A program made the translations under genes and the position numbers. Shown one piece after another: positions 35,185-43,041 of a DNA stretch of 56,384 nt. The stretch is from Bacillota bacterium (lineage in GTDB: Bacteria > Bacillota > Sulfobacillia > RBS10-35 > JAJYVN01), in assembly GCA_021791815.1 (NCBI GenBank), contig JAJYVV010000001.1, positions 1 to 56,384 on the forward strand. Direction: 5' to 3'. Each line of letters starts with the position of its first letter. The stretch's first letter is position 1. The notes under the pieces were generated by a model. It saw nothing but the letters and a program-made list of their open reading frames with translations. It was not told where the DNA came from and searched no databases.

Positions 35185-37392
35185 GTGCGCCGGCGCCCCG
35201 CCCGGCTTCCCGGCCGAAGCCTCCGGCACCGCCTCCGGCTCCTCCTCCTCGGGGCGGCGCTCGCGCCGACGCTGGCCCTGGGCGCGGCCTCCCTGGCGGT
35301 GGTCATCCGCCTCGGCGCAGCGACGGCGGCCGCGGGGGCGAGCGCCCTCGAGGCGCGCAACGCGAGCCGCCTCCAGGCCCAGGTGCAGCAGGCCGCGCAG
35401 CCGCTGGGCGCCCAGTTCCTGGCCGTCGAACAGCAGGCCTCGGTCCTGGCCCAGCAGGTGCAATACATCCTGGACAACCCGGCGCTGTTCCCCGGGGACC
35501 AGCAGGGCAACACGCCCTTCACCCAGCTGCCGGACGGCGACCTCGTCAACACGGACCCGACGGTGGGGGTCTATGCGCCGCTCTCGGCCCTGGCGCAGCC
35601 GGACTTCTGGACCCAGGTCAGCCTGCTGACCCACGTCGATCCGCTCCTGCGCGCGATGGCCGGGGTCTCCTGCTGTCTGCCGAGCGTCCTCCGGTACTGG
35701 ATCCAGACGCCGGCCGGCATGATCCGCGTCGATCCCAACCCCGGCTTCGCCGCCGGGGTGCGCATGCGCCCGCAGGCGGCCCTCCTCGACTACTACGCCG
35801 GTTTGCGCGCCTCCGACCTGGCGGCCTGGCAGCGCACGGCGTGGACCCTCCCCTATGCCGATCCCGCCCAGCCGAGCGGGCCCTCGCCGGAGGTCGTCTC
35901 CGCCGTCGTCCCCGCGTATGTGGCCACGGGAGGCTTCGCCGCGCTGGCCGGCGCGGACGTCTCCGCGCAGGTCCTGGTCCGGGCGCTTCAGGCCGCGGTG
36001 CAGCCGCCGTTCTCCGCGGCGATGCTGTACCGGCCGGTGGCGGCGGCGGGCGGCGACACACCCGCCGCCCCCTACCCCGTGGCCTCGTCGCCGGGCGGGC
36101 TGACCGCCGTAAGGCTCGCGGCCACCTCCGCGGCGATGCCGCTTCCGGCGGCGTTCGGCGTGCCGTCCGGGGTCGCAGGCGTGCGGCTGCTCGGCTCCGG
36201 CTCCGGCGCGCTGGAGGTCGCCTACGCGCCCGTGGGCATCGGCGGATGGATGCTGGCCGAGGCGGCGCCGGCCCGCGCCGCCGACGGCGCGACGGACGCC
36301 GCGCGGGCGGTCCTGGCCCGGCGCGCCGGCCGGACGCGGGCGGTCGCCGCCGGCCTGCTCGCCGCGGTGACGGTGGGCCTGGGTATCGCCTTGGTCCTCA
36401 TCGCCGAACGGGCCGCCGCCACCGTGTCGCTGCCGCTGCGGCGGCTTGCCGCCGACATCCGCGGCACGGCCGGTGACGCCGCGGACCCGTTCGCGGGGCA
36501 GGCCGACACGGCGCCCGGCCGCGGCGCCCCCGACCCGGCGGGCGCGACGCGCAGGGCCGGGCGGTCGGCCCGCGAGGCGGACGAGGTCACGGTGCTGACC
36601 GAGGAGTTCGCCGACCTGCGCCGGCGGCTCCGGGCCGCCGTGCAGCGCTGGCGCCGGGAGGCCGTGGAGCGCGCGCGTGCGGAGATGGCCGTCCTCGTGG
36701 AGAAGCAGCGGATCGCGCGCGACATCCATGACACGATGGCCCAGGCCTTCCTGTCCATCGTCCTCCTTTCGGAGGGGGGCGCGGGGAGGCTCGCGCAGGT
36801 CGGGGACCTCGCCCGCCAGGGCCTGCGCCAGGCGCGGCGGGGGATGGCCGATCTGGCGCCCACGCCGCAGGAGCGGGAGGAGGAGCCCTTCGTGCAGGCG
36901 GTGCGGGCGGAGGCCGCCGGCTTCCCGGACTCCCTCCCGGACGGACCGGCGGTCGAACTGGAGGCGGCGGACTGGCCGGAGCTGCCGCTCCCGACGCAGG
37001 TCGCGCTGCTGGGGGTCCTGCGGTCGGCCCTGGGCAACGTGCGCGAACACGCCGGGGCGCGCCGGGTCCGCATCCGTCTGCGGGGCGTCGAGGACGCGGC
37101 CATCCTCGAGGTGGCCGACGACGGGGCCGGGTTCGATGCGGCGGCGCTCGGCCGCACGCCGCCCGATCCGGAGCGGGGCCGCGGGCTGCCGGGCATGCGG
37201 CGGCGCGTCGCGGAGGTGGGCGGGGTGCTGGTGGTGACCTCCAGCCCGGGCCGCGGCACGGTGGTGCGGGCGATCGTCCCGCGGGGAGGCGGGGACGGGC
37301 CCGAGGCCGGTCCCGGAGCGAATGCGACGCCGGCCCCGGATGGCGGCGGCGCGCCCACGGGCAACGCCGGGTCCGGCGGCGCGGCGCCGTGA
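35185..37392 (+). CDS. sensor histidine kinase (extracytoplasmic Cache-like domain, HisKA_3/HATPase)
   Basis: Two TM segments flank a periplasmic domain of about 330 aa. The H-box is RIARDIHDTMAQAF. The C-terminal ATPase carries ..NVREHAGA.., ..DDGAGF.. and ..GRGLPGMRRR.. Start GTG 35185 is the last in-frame start before TM1 (moderate support). Confidence 0.85.
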   Translation: MRRRPARLPGRSLRHRLRLLLLGAALAPTLALGAASLAVVIRLGAATAAAGASALEARNASRLQAQVQQAAQPLGAQFLAVEQQASVLAQQVQYILDNPALFPGDQQGNTPFTQLPDGDLVNTDPTVGVYAPLSALAQPDFWTQVSLLTHVDPLLRAMAGVSCCLPSVLRYWIQTPAGMIRVDPNPGFAAGVRMRPQAALLDYYAGLRASDLAAWQRTAWTLPYADPAQPSGPSPEVVSAVVPAYVATGGFAALAGADVSAQVLVRALQAAVQPPFSAAMLYRPVAAAGGDTPAAPYPVASSPGGLTAVRLAATSAAMPLPAAFGVPSGVAGVRLLGSGSGALEVAYAPVGIGGWMLAEAAPARAADGATDAARAVLARRAGRTRAVAAGLLAAVTVGLGIALVLIAERAAATVSLPLRRLAADIRGTAGDAADPFAGQADTAPGRGAPDPAGATRRAGRSAREADEVTVLTEEFADLRRRLRAAVQRWRREAVERARAEMAVLVEKQRIARDIHDTMAQAFLSIVLLSEGGAGRLAQVGDLARQGLRQARRGMADLAPTPQEREEEPFVQAVRAEAAGFPDSLPDGPAVELEAADWPELPLPTQVALLGVLRSALGNVREHAGARRVRIRLRGVEDAAILEVADDGAGFDAAALGRTPPDPERGRGLPGMRRRVAEVGGVLVVTSSPGRGTVVRAIVPRGGGDGPEAGPGANATPAPDGGGAPTGNAGSGGAAP

Positions 37393-38099
37393 GCCGGGCG
37401 ACGGTCCGCGTCCTGGTCGCCGACGACCACCCGGTGGTGCGGGAAGGCCTGACGGCCATCCTGCACCGCTTCCCCGACCTCGAGGTCGTGGCCTCCGTCG
37501 GCGACGGCGGTAGGGCGGTGGACGAGGCGTGCCGCCTCCGGCCCCACGTGGTGCTGTGCGACCTGCGGATGCCCGGTACGGACGGCGTCGAGGTGGCCCG
37601 CCGGCTGCGCGCCCGTCTGCCGGACACGGCCGTGCTCATGCTCAGCACCTTCGACGACAGCCCGGGCATCCTGGCCGCGCTATCCGTGGGGGCACGGGGG
37701 TATCTGCTCAAGGACGCGGCTCCCGAGGATCTGCGCCGGGCCATCCTCGCCTGCGCGCGGGGGGACACCGTGCTCCACCCCCACGTCGCGGGCAAGGTGG
37801 CGAGGGTCCGCGGCACGGACGCGGGCTGGGACGGGCCCGGGGACCCACGGGGAGGTGAGGCTCCCGTCGGCGCGGGGGGGCCCGCCCCCCTGACCGGGCG
37901 GGAGATCGAGGTCCTGGCGCTGCTCGCCCAGGGGCTGGCCAACAAGGAGATCGCGGCCGCCCTCCGCGTGGGCGAGAGCACGGTGAAGACCCATGTCGGC
38001 AATGTGTTCCGCAAGCTGGGCGCCGTCGACCGGGTGCAGGCGGTGACGGAGGGCATGCGCCGGGGCTACCTGGACCCGCCGGTGGGCGGGTTCGCCTGA
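37389..38099 (+). CDS. NarL/LuxR-family response regulator
   Basis: The GTG start overlaps the kinase stop (GTGA). Receiver motifs are VLVADDHP and VLCDLRMPGTDG. C-terminal LuxR HTH (LTGREIEVLALLAQGLANKEIAAALRVGESTVKTHV). Confidence 0.92.
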   Translation: MSRATVRVLVADDHPVVREGLTAILHRFPDLEVVASVGDGGRAVDEACRLRPHVVLCDLRMPGTDGVEVARRLRARLPDTAVLMLSTFDDSPGILAALSVGARGYLLKDAAPEDLRRAILACARGDTVLHPHVAGKVARVRGTDAGWDGPGDPRGGEAPVGAGGPAPLTGREIEVLALLAQGLANKEIAAALRVGESTVKTHVGNVFRKLGAVDRVQAVTEGMRRGYLDPPVGGFA

Positions 38100-38139
38100 G
38101 CCACCGCCTCCCCCAAACGGTCGATGCCCCCCGCCGCTG

Positions 38140-38163
38140 CCCCGCGGTAGCGTAGCCGCGGGG
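38140..38163 (+). promoter_or_regulatory. perfect 8-bp stem-loop between the response regulator and the GT39 gene
   Basis: CCCCGCGG-tagcgtag-CCGCGGGG. Its 3' arm runs into the G-rich SD-like tract (GGGGGGA) 8 nt upstream of GTG 38175. No U-tract follows. Confidence 0.4.
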
Positions 38164-38174
38164 GGGACCGGGCG

Positions 38175-39644
38175 GTGGACGGACCGCGCCCGCGGTGGAC
38201 CAGCATTCCGTCCGCAGCGCTCCGCGCCGCCTGGACGGGCCCCGTCGCCGCCTTCGCGGTGGCCCTCGCCATCCGGGTCTACTGGGTGCGGCACTGGATC
38301 CTCCCGCCGTACGGCGACCAGGCGAGCCTGGAACGCTTCGCGGGCAACGTGGCCCACGGACTGCTCTACGGGACCCACGGCGCCTACTGGCCGCCGGCCT
38401 TCGTGTTCCTGGCGGGCGCCGTGGAGCGGGCCTTCGGCACCGGCCACCACCTCCTCGCGGTGCGCACGGCCGACGCGGTCCTCGGCGCCCTCGCCGCGGC
38501 GCTGACGGCGGACCTGGCCCGCCGGCTCCTGCGCTCGCCGCCCGCCGGGCTGGCCGCGGGCCTCCTCTGGGCCGTCTACGTGCCGGCCGTCTACTACACC
38601 GACGCGTTCCTCGCCGTCACCCTCGGTACGCTGATGCTCCTCGCCGTCTGCGACGCCGGGGTCGCCTACGGCGATCGACCCGGCGGCACGCGCCTGGCCG
38701 TGGTGGGCCTCCTGCTCGGCCTGGCCGCTCTGACGAAGCCCACGGAGCTCCCCTTGGTCGTGCCGCTGGGCTTGCAGTGGGGCCTGCGCGGGTCTCGGGG
38801 CTTCGACTGGGCCTTCGCCCTCCGATCGGCCGCCGCCACGCTGGCCTTGGCGCTCGTCGTCAACGTGCCTTGGACGCTCCGCAACCTCCACGTGACGGGC
38901 GCGCCGGTCTTCGTCGACATGAACGGCGGCATCAACTTCTACATCGCCCACAACCCGAGGGCGACCGGGGAGTTCGTCGACCTCGGCCCGGCGAACCCCG
39001 TGCTCCTCCGCGGGGCGGGCTACGACGCACCGGAAACGGGCGCGCTGGCCCTTCGCGCCGGGGTCGCCTATTTCGCGGCCCACCCCGGCGCCGACGCGCG
39101 GGAGGCGGCCACGGTGCTCCGGTACTTCTGGACGATGCGCGACCCGGACATCGCCACGTACGGCGGCGAGATCTACCGCCTCGCCGCCCGGCTCCGCGCG
39201 CCCGCCTGGGGGTTCGGCGTGGTGCGCGACCTGGGACTCCTCGGCGCGGCCTTCTGGGCGCGGCGGTGGCGCCGGATGGCGGTCCTGCCCGCCACCGTCC
39301 TGGGATACTGCGGCGGGCTGGCGCTGCTGTTCTTCGCCCCGCGCTTCCGCCTCCCGGTCGAGCCGCTGTTGGCCATCTCCGCCGCCTGGGCGGCCGTGCG
39401 CGTCTCCGCCGCCGTGGCAGCCGAATGGCGACGCGCGGCGCCCGTGGGCGCGGGCCACGGCGCCCGCACCACGGGAGAGGCCGCCGTGGCGGACGGGCCG
39501 CAGCGGCCGGCCGGGAGGGCCGGCCCCCAGGGACCGGCTACCCGTTCCGCCGCGATGGGCCGGCCGCCCGGCTTGCCGGAGACGTCGGCCGGCCGACGGC
39601 GGACGCCCAGGCCCGCGGCCCCCGGCGCGCTTCGCATCCGCTGA
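38175..39644 (+). CDS. GT-C fold membrane glycosyltransferase (GT39/ArnT/PMT_2-like)
   Basis: More than 10 TM segments. The N-terminal loop with ..YGDQASLERFAGNVAHG.. has the Asp/Glu-containing first loop typical of the family. The extracytoplasmic loop is ..NVPWTLRNLHVTGAPVFVDMNGGINFY.. The family call rests on pattern only. Confidence 0.7.
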   Translation: MDGPRPRWTSIPSAALRAAWTGPVAAFAVALAIRVYWVRHWILPPYGDQASLERFAGNVAHGLLYGTHGAYWPPAFVFLAGAVERAFGTGHHLLAVRTADAVLGALAAALTADLARRLLRSPPAGLAAGLLWAVYVPAVYYTDAFLAVTLGTLMLLAVCDAGVAYGDRPGGTRLAVVGLLLGLAALTKPTELPLVVPLGLQWGLRGSRGFDWAFALRSAAATLALALVVNVPWTLRNLHVTGAPVFVDMNGGINFYIAHNPRATGEFVDLGPANPVLLRGAGYDAPETGALALRAGVAYFAAHPGADAREAATVLRYFWTMRDPDIATYGGEIYRLAARLRAPAWGFGVVRDLGLLGAAFWARRWRRMAVLPATVLGYCGGLALLFFAPRFRLPVEPLLAISAAWAAVRVSAAVAAEWRRAAPVGAGHGARTTGEAAVADGPQRPAGRAGPQGPATRSAAMGRPPGLPETSAGRRRTPRPAAPGALRIR

Positions 39645-39758
39645 GGGCGGTCCCGTGCCGAGGGGCAGGGCCCGCAGGAGCATGGCCGCCGGTTCAGAAG
39701 CGCTGTGGGGCGGCACGTTGCCGGGGAAGAGCCCCTTCGCTGGGAGGGTGGGCGCCCG

Positions 39759-40787
39759 ATGCCGAACCCGCGGGACCCGGTCGCTGGCGATGGGCCCGTG
39801 TTCTGCTGTTTGCGGTGCGGGGACTCCACGCCGCTGCCCCGGTGCCGCCACTGCCACCACGAGTTCGAGAGCGTGGACGGGATCTACCAGCTCACCCTGG
39901 ATGCGGACAGCAACCTGGACCGCCGACGCGGCGCCACGTACATCGGGTACGAGCGCGTCGGCGCTTACTTCCACGGCCGGGATTGGGCGGAGAGCGCCTG
40001 CGACGCGGGCACCATGGCCCTGGGCGCGAAGATGTCCGAACTCACCGCCGCGGGGACGCTGCTGGACGTCGGATGCGGCGGGGGACGGTATGCCGTCCCC
40101 GCCGCCCTGCACGGCTGCACGGTGATCGGCGGCGACATCTCGAACGGGATGCTGCGGCTCCTCCTGCGAAAGGCGGCGACGAACCGGGTCGCGCCCGGGC
40201 GCATCGTCGCCTGCCGCCTGAACGCCCTGTCCCTGCCCCTGCCGGAGGCGAGCGTCGACGGGGCCACGCTGAACAACGTCCTGCACCTCGTCTCGGAACC
40301 CGAACGCGTCATCTCCGAGGTGTACCGGGTGCTGCGACCGGGCGGGAAACTCCTCACGCAGGTCGACGTTCCCACGGGCGACGACCGGCGTAACGCGGGG
40401 CGCAACGCGGAGTACGACTGCCGCGAGGTGGAGTTCCACAACCGGTATTGGGAGCTCTTGACCGAACGGGGGATCCCTCTGGCGCCCCGCAACCGGAGCT
40501 TCAACCGGCACAGCACCCGGCTCGCCGCCTTCGAGGCGGTCTTCGGGCCCGGCGTCCGGGTCGACGTCCCGTTCTCGGACCGCCAGGTCCAGAGCATGAC
40601 GGATGCCTTCCTCTACCGGATGGGCGGGAAGGGCTTCTCGGCCCAGCAGACCGTCCCCGACGACATCCATGAGGCGACGTTCGCACGGGTGGTCGAGGAG
40701 TTCCGGATCAAGTACGGGCGAGACTTCGGCGACCTGACCTGCGAGATCGTCACCCTCGGCTTGGCGCTGCATGTGTTCGAAAAGTGA
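39759..40787 (+). CDS. class I SAM-dependent methyltransferase with N-terminal Cys4 zinc ribbon
   Basis: ATG 39759 with GGGAGGG 10 nt upstream. CCLRCG..CRHCHHEF..DGIYQL is a Trm112-like ribbon. SAM motif I is LLDVGCGGGRY, followed by ..LRPGGKLL.. Confidence 0.85.
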   Translation: MPNPRDPVAGDGPVFCCLRCGDSTPLPRCRHCHHEFESVDGIYQLTLDADSNLDRRRGATYIGYERVGAYFHGRDWAESACDAGTMALGAKMSELTAAGTLLDVGCGGGRYAVPAALHGCTVIGGDISNGMLRLLLRKAATNRVAPGRIVACRLNALSLPLPEASVDGATLNNVLHLVSEPERVISEVYRVLRPGGKLLTQVDVPTGDDRRNAGRNAEYDCREVEFHNRYWELLTERGIPLAPRNRSFNRHSTRLAAFEAVFGPGVRVDVPFSDRQVQSMTDAFLYRMGGKGFSAQQTVPDDIHEATFARVVEEFRIKYGRDFGDLTCEIVTLGLALHVFEK

Positions 40788-40909
40788 GGGCGCGTGGGCG
40801 CGGCGGCCCGTCGGGCGGCCATCCCTGGGGCCGGCCCAGGCGTCTGCTGGTTGGCGGCCAACGCCTCCCCGCCTCGCTGCTGTCCCTGAGTCGACGCATA
40901 GCCGGGCGC

Positions 40910-41359
40910 TCACATGGGCGGTACCAGTACGACGTGGGACTCACCGAGCACGGACGCGGCCACCCGGCCTTGCCGCTGGTCGGCCGTGCAAAAACGCACT
41001 ACATTCCCGCGGCGGCGCTGCTGCCGCGCGACAACCAAGGCCGTTGCCACATGGATGGCGTCCAGGGTTCGTAGCGGGAAGCGGTCGGTGAGTTGCACCG
41101 CGTCGGAGACCACGGCCTCGTTGAGGTAGATCTGCGTCGTGGATGCGAGCAGGTGGCTCGCGGTGGCACCGAGTTCCTCCTTCTGCGTCGCGCTGATCTG
41201 TCCACGGTGGAAGCGCGCCGAGATGGCCGCCGGAATCTCCACCGTTGCCACCGTGGACACCACGGGCGTGGCCCGCATCGCCTCGGCGACATCGTCAAGG
41301 TCTCCTTCACCAAAGCAGAGCCGCAGAACCGCGCTGGAATCGATCACGGTAACGATCAC
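40910..41359 (-). CDS. vapC: PIN-domain toxin (VapC-like)
   Basis: MIVTVIDSSAV.. (Asp7), ..VEIPAAI.., ..RTLDAIHVATAL.., ..CTADQRQ.. give the acidic quartet of PIN domains. The start overlaps the antitoxin stop (ATGA). Confidence 0.85.
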   Translation of the reverse strand: MIVTVIDSSAVLRLCFGEGDLDDVAEAMRATPVVSTVATVEIPAAISARFHRGQISATQKEELGATASHLLASTTQIYLNEAVVSDAVQLTDRFPLRTLDAIHVATALVVARQQRRRGNVVRFCTADQRQGRVAASVLGESHVVLVPPM

Positions 41360-41640
41360 GGATCATCGCCGCGGACCCAGTCCAAATCCTTCTGCAGCCC
41401 CGCGCCGGCCTCGCGCAGGGACTGTCGGGCACGCCGGATCACGTCGAGGTCAAAGGACTCCGACGGTGGGGACTGCACCAGCGGGCCCAGGGCTCGCCAC
41501 GGGGCGTCGGTCACAACCTCACCGAGGCCGCGAAGGATGGCGTCCACGGTGGCGTCGTTGAGGGACCGCCCCTCGAGGCGGCTTCTCGCTCGAAGGCGTT
41601 CCAACACCGGGTCGGGCAGCCTTACCGTCATCTTGGCCAT
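41356..41640 (-). CDS. vapB: ribbon-helix-helix (Arc/CopG/FitA-like) antitoxin
   Basis: MAKMTVRLPDPVLERLRARSRLEGRSLNDATVDAILRGL is a classic RHH N-terminus. The protein is 94 aa and shares a 4-nt overlap with vapC. Confidence 0.8.
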   Translation of the reverse strand: MAKMTVRLPDPVLERLRARSRLEGRSLNDATVDAILRGLGEVVTDAPWRALGPLVQSPPSESFDLDVIRRARQSLREAGAGLQKDLDWVRGDDP

Positions 41641-41662
41641 AGTGCCATCATAGTGGCAATAG
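41638..41662 (-). promoter_or_regulatory. candidate vapBC operator
   Basis: Direct repeats CATAGTG at 41638 and 41649 (11-bp phasing) overlap an inverted repeat TGCCA/TGGCA. They sit at the antitoxin start, in a locally AT-richer patch. Confidence 0.35.
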
Positions 41663-41967
41663 CCCCCGCGGCGCAAGCACAGCTCCCGGATGGCGACGAA
41701 ACCCCCCGCCATGCTGCCCGGGGTCCGCCATCTACCGCTGTCTTGACGCTGGCGAGGCCCCGGGGCTGGCCAGGGGGTCGGCGACGGCGGCGGCCGGAAA
41801 GAGCCGGGCGACGGCCACCCGCATCGGCAGCGCGCGGTGCCCCTCACCGCTTCCATGCCGTGCGGCACCGAACCACTCGATCTCGCAGCGGTCCCAGCGC
41901 CGGACCGCATGCCTGAAACGGCGGCGACCGAGGCTCGGCCGCCAGGGCCGGCGGGCCGGTTGTCCGA

Positions 41968-42437
41968 GTGCTCGCCCGTGCCCCTTGTGCGCCGTTGACG
42001 AGGACGGCCACCGATGGGTTTTCTGGCGAAGTCCCTTTACTACAAAGCTCTTCGCCAGAGGACGTTCCCGTCGGCGGCCGACTCCTTGAGCGTCGCAGTG
42101 CTGGAGCTTCTGCGCAAGGCGGATCCGGTCGGGCGTCTCGACTTCGTCCACACAACTGAGGGCGCGTAGCGCAAGAGATCATCGGGCCACGCTGGATGCC
42201 GACGTCTCGGCCTTCCGCGCCCGTCCGTTGACCGAGCCCTTCCCGTACCTCTGGCTGGATGCGACCTTCCCCCACGTCCGCGAGGACGGGCGCGTCGCGC
42301 CCCAGGCGCTCATGATCGCCATCGGGGTGGACGCTCACGGCCGGTGTCGCATCCTGGGCCTCGACATCGGCTGCTCGGAGAACGGGGCCCACTGGACCGC
42401 GTTTCTCAGGTCTCTGGTCGACCGCGGCCTCCACGGC
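41968..42437 (+). pseudogene. IS256-family (Mutator-type) transposase remnant
   Basis: Strong core match at 42170..42437: ..LDADVSAFRARPLTEPFPYLWLDATFPHVREDGRVAPQALMIAIGVDAHGRCRILGLDIGCSENGAHWTAFLRSLVDRGLHG. Upstream similarity is weaker and spread over other frames (..FTTKLFARGRSRRR.. / ..SLSVAVLELLRK..), separated by stops. Both the N- and C-terminal thirds are missing. Confidence 0.6.
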
Positions 42438-42469
42438 GCTGCGCTGCCACCGCGGAGCGCTGTCACGGC

Positions 42470-42792
42470 GGAAGCGGCAGAAAAGTGTGGTGGGGAGATG
42501 ACGCCCAGCCGGTGGAGAGTCCCGCAGCGCCGCGGATGAACTAGCGCCGCAAGCCAGGATTTCGCCCACAAAGGAACTTCCCCCTCCGCCGCCACGCCCA
42601 CCACGGTGCCCGTGGTCGCGTCGATGCGCATCGTCGCCCAGCGCCGTGCCTTCTCTGCATACGACAGCGATGCAAGGTGCGCGGCGGGGACGATTCCGGG
42701 GTACGTGGTGCGCCAGGCGTCGACGTGCACCTTCGCGATGCCGGGGCATCCTCGCGGGACGCGTCCCGCACGACGACGTCGCCGGTCGTCAC
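42470..42792 (-). pseudogene. GNAT N-acetyltransferase, frameshifted and 3'-truncated
   Basis: GTG 42792 with GGGGAGGG 6 nt upstream: VTTGDVVVRDASREDAP. It continues after a frame change at the CCCCGG run (42741..42746) as GIAKVHVDAWRTTYPGIVPAAHLASLSYAEKARRW..VVGVAAEGEV. A second frame change occurs near 42566..42580 (..FVGEILACGA..). Similarity is lost next to the IS256 remnant. Confidence 0.6.
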
Positions 42793-43041
42793 GCCGGTCC
42801 CTCCCCTGTCGTGCGGCCGAAACGGCACGTCCACCGCACGACGCCCGCGGCGCCGGCTCCTTTCGCATCCGGTGCGCGCGCCGCCTGCGTCGCGCGTCCA
42901 TCCGCCCCCGAGTGCCCTCCGTTCCCGCGGGGGAGCCTCCGTCTCCCCCGATCGTCGGTGCGCGGCCGCGCAAGCCCTATGGTCGGTGTGCTGCAGTTCA
43001 GCTCCGCGTGGGGCGGTCGTCCAGGGCCGCGAGCCCCCGCC

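Noticed and set aside
40788-40909. Hairpins CCTGGG-gccgg-CCCAGG and GTTGG-cgg-CCAAC between the convergent methyltransferase and vapC genes, considered as a bidirectional terminator
   Set aside because: The stems are short (5-6 bp) with no U/A tracts. Such stems occur by chance at this GC content, so the evidence is too weak to list as a feature.
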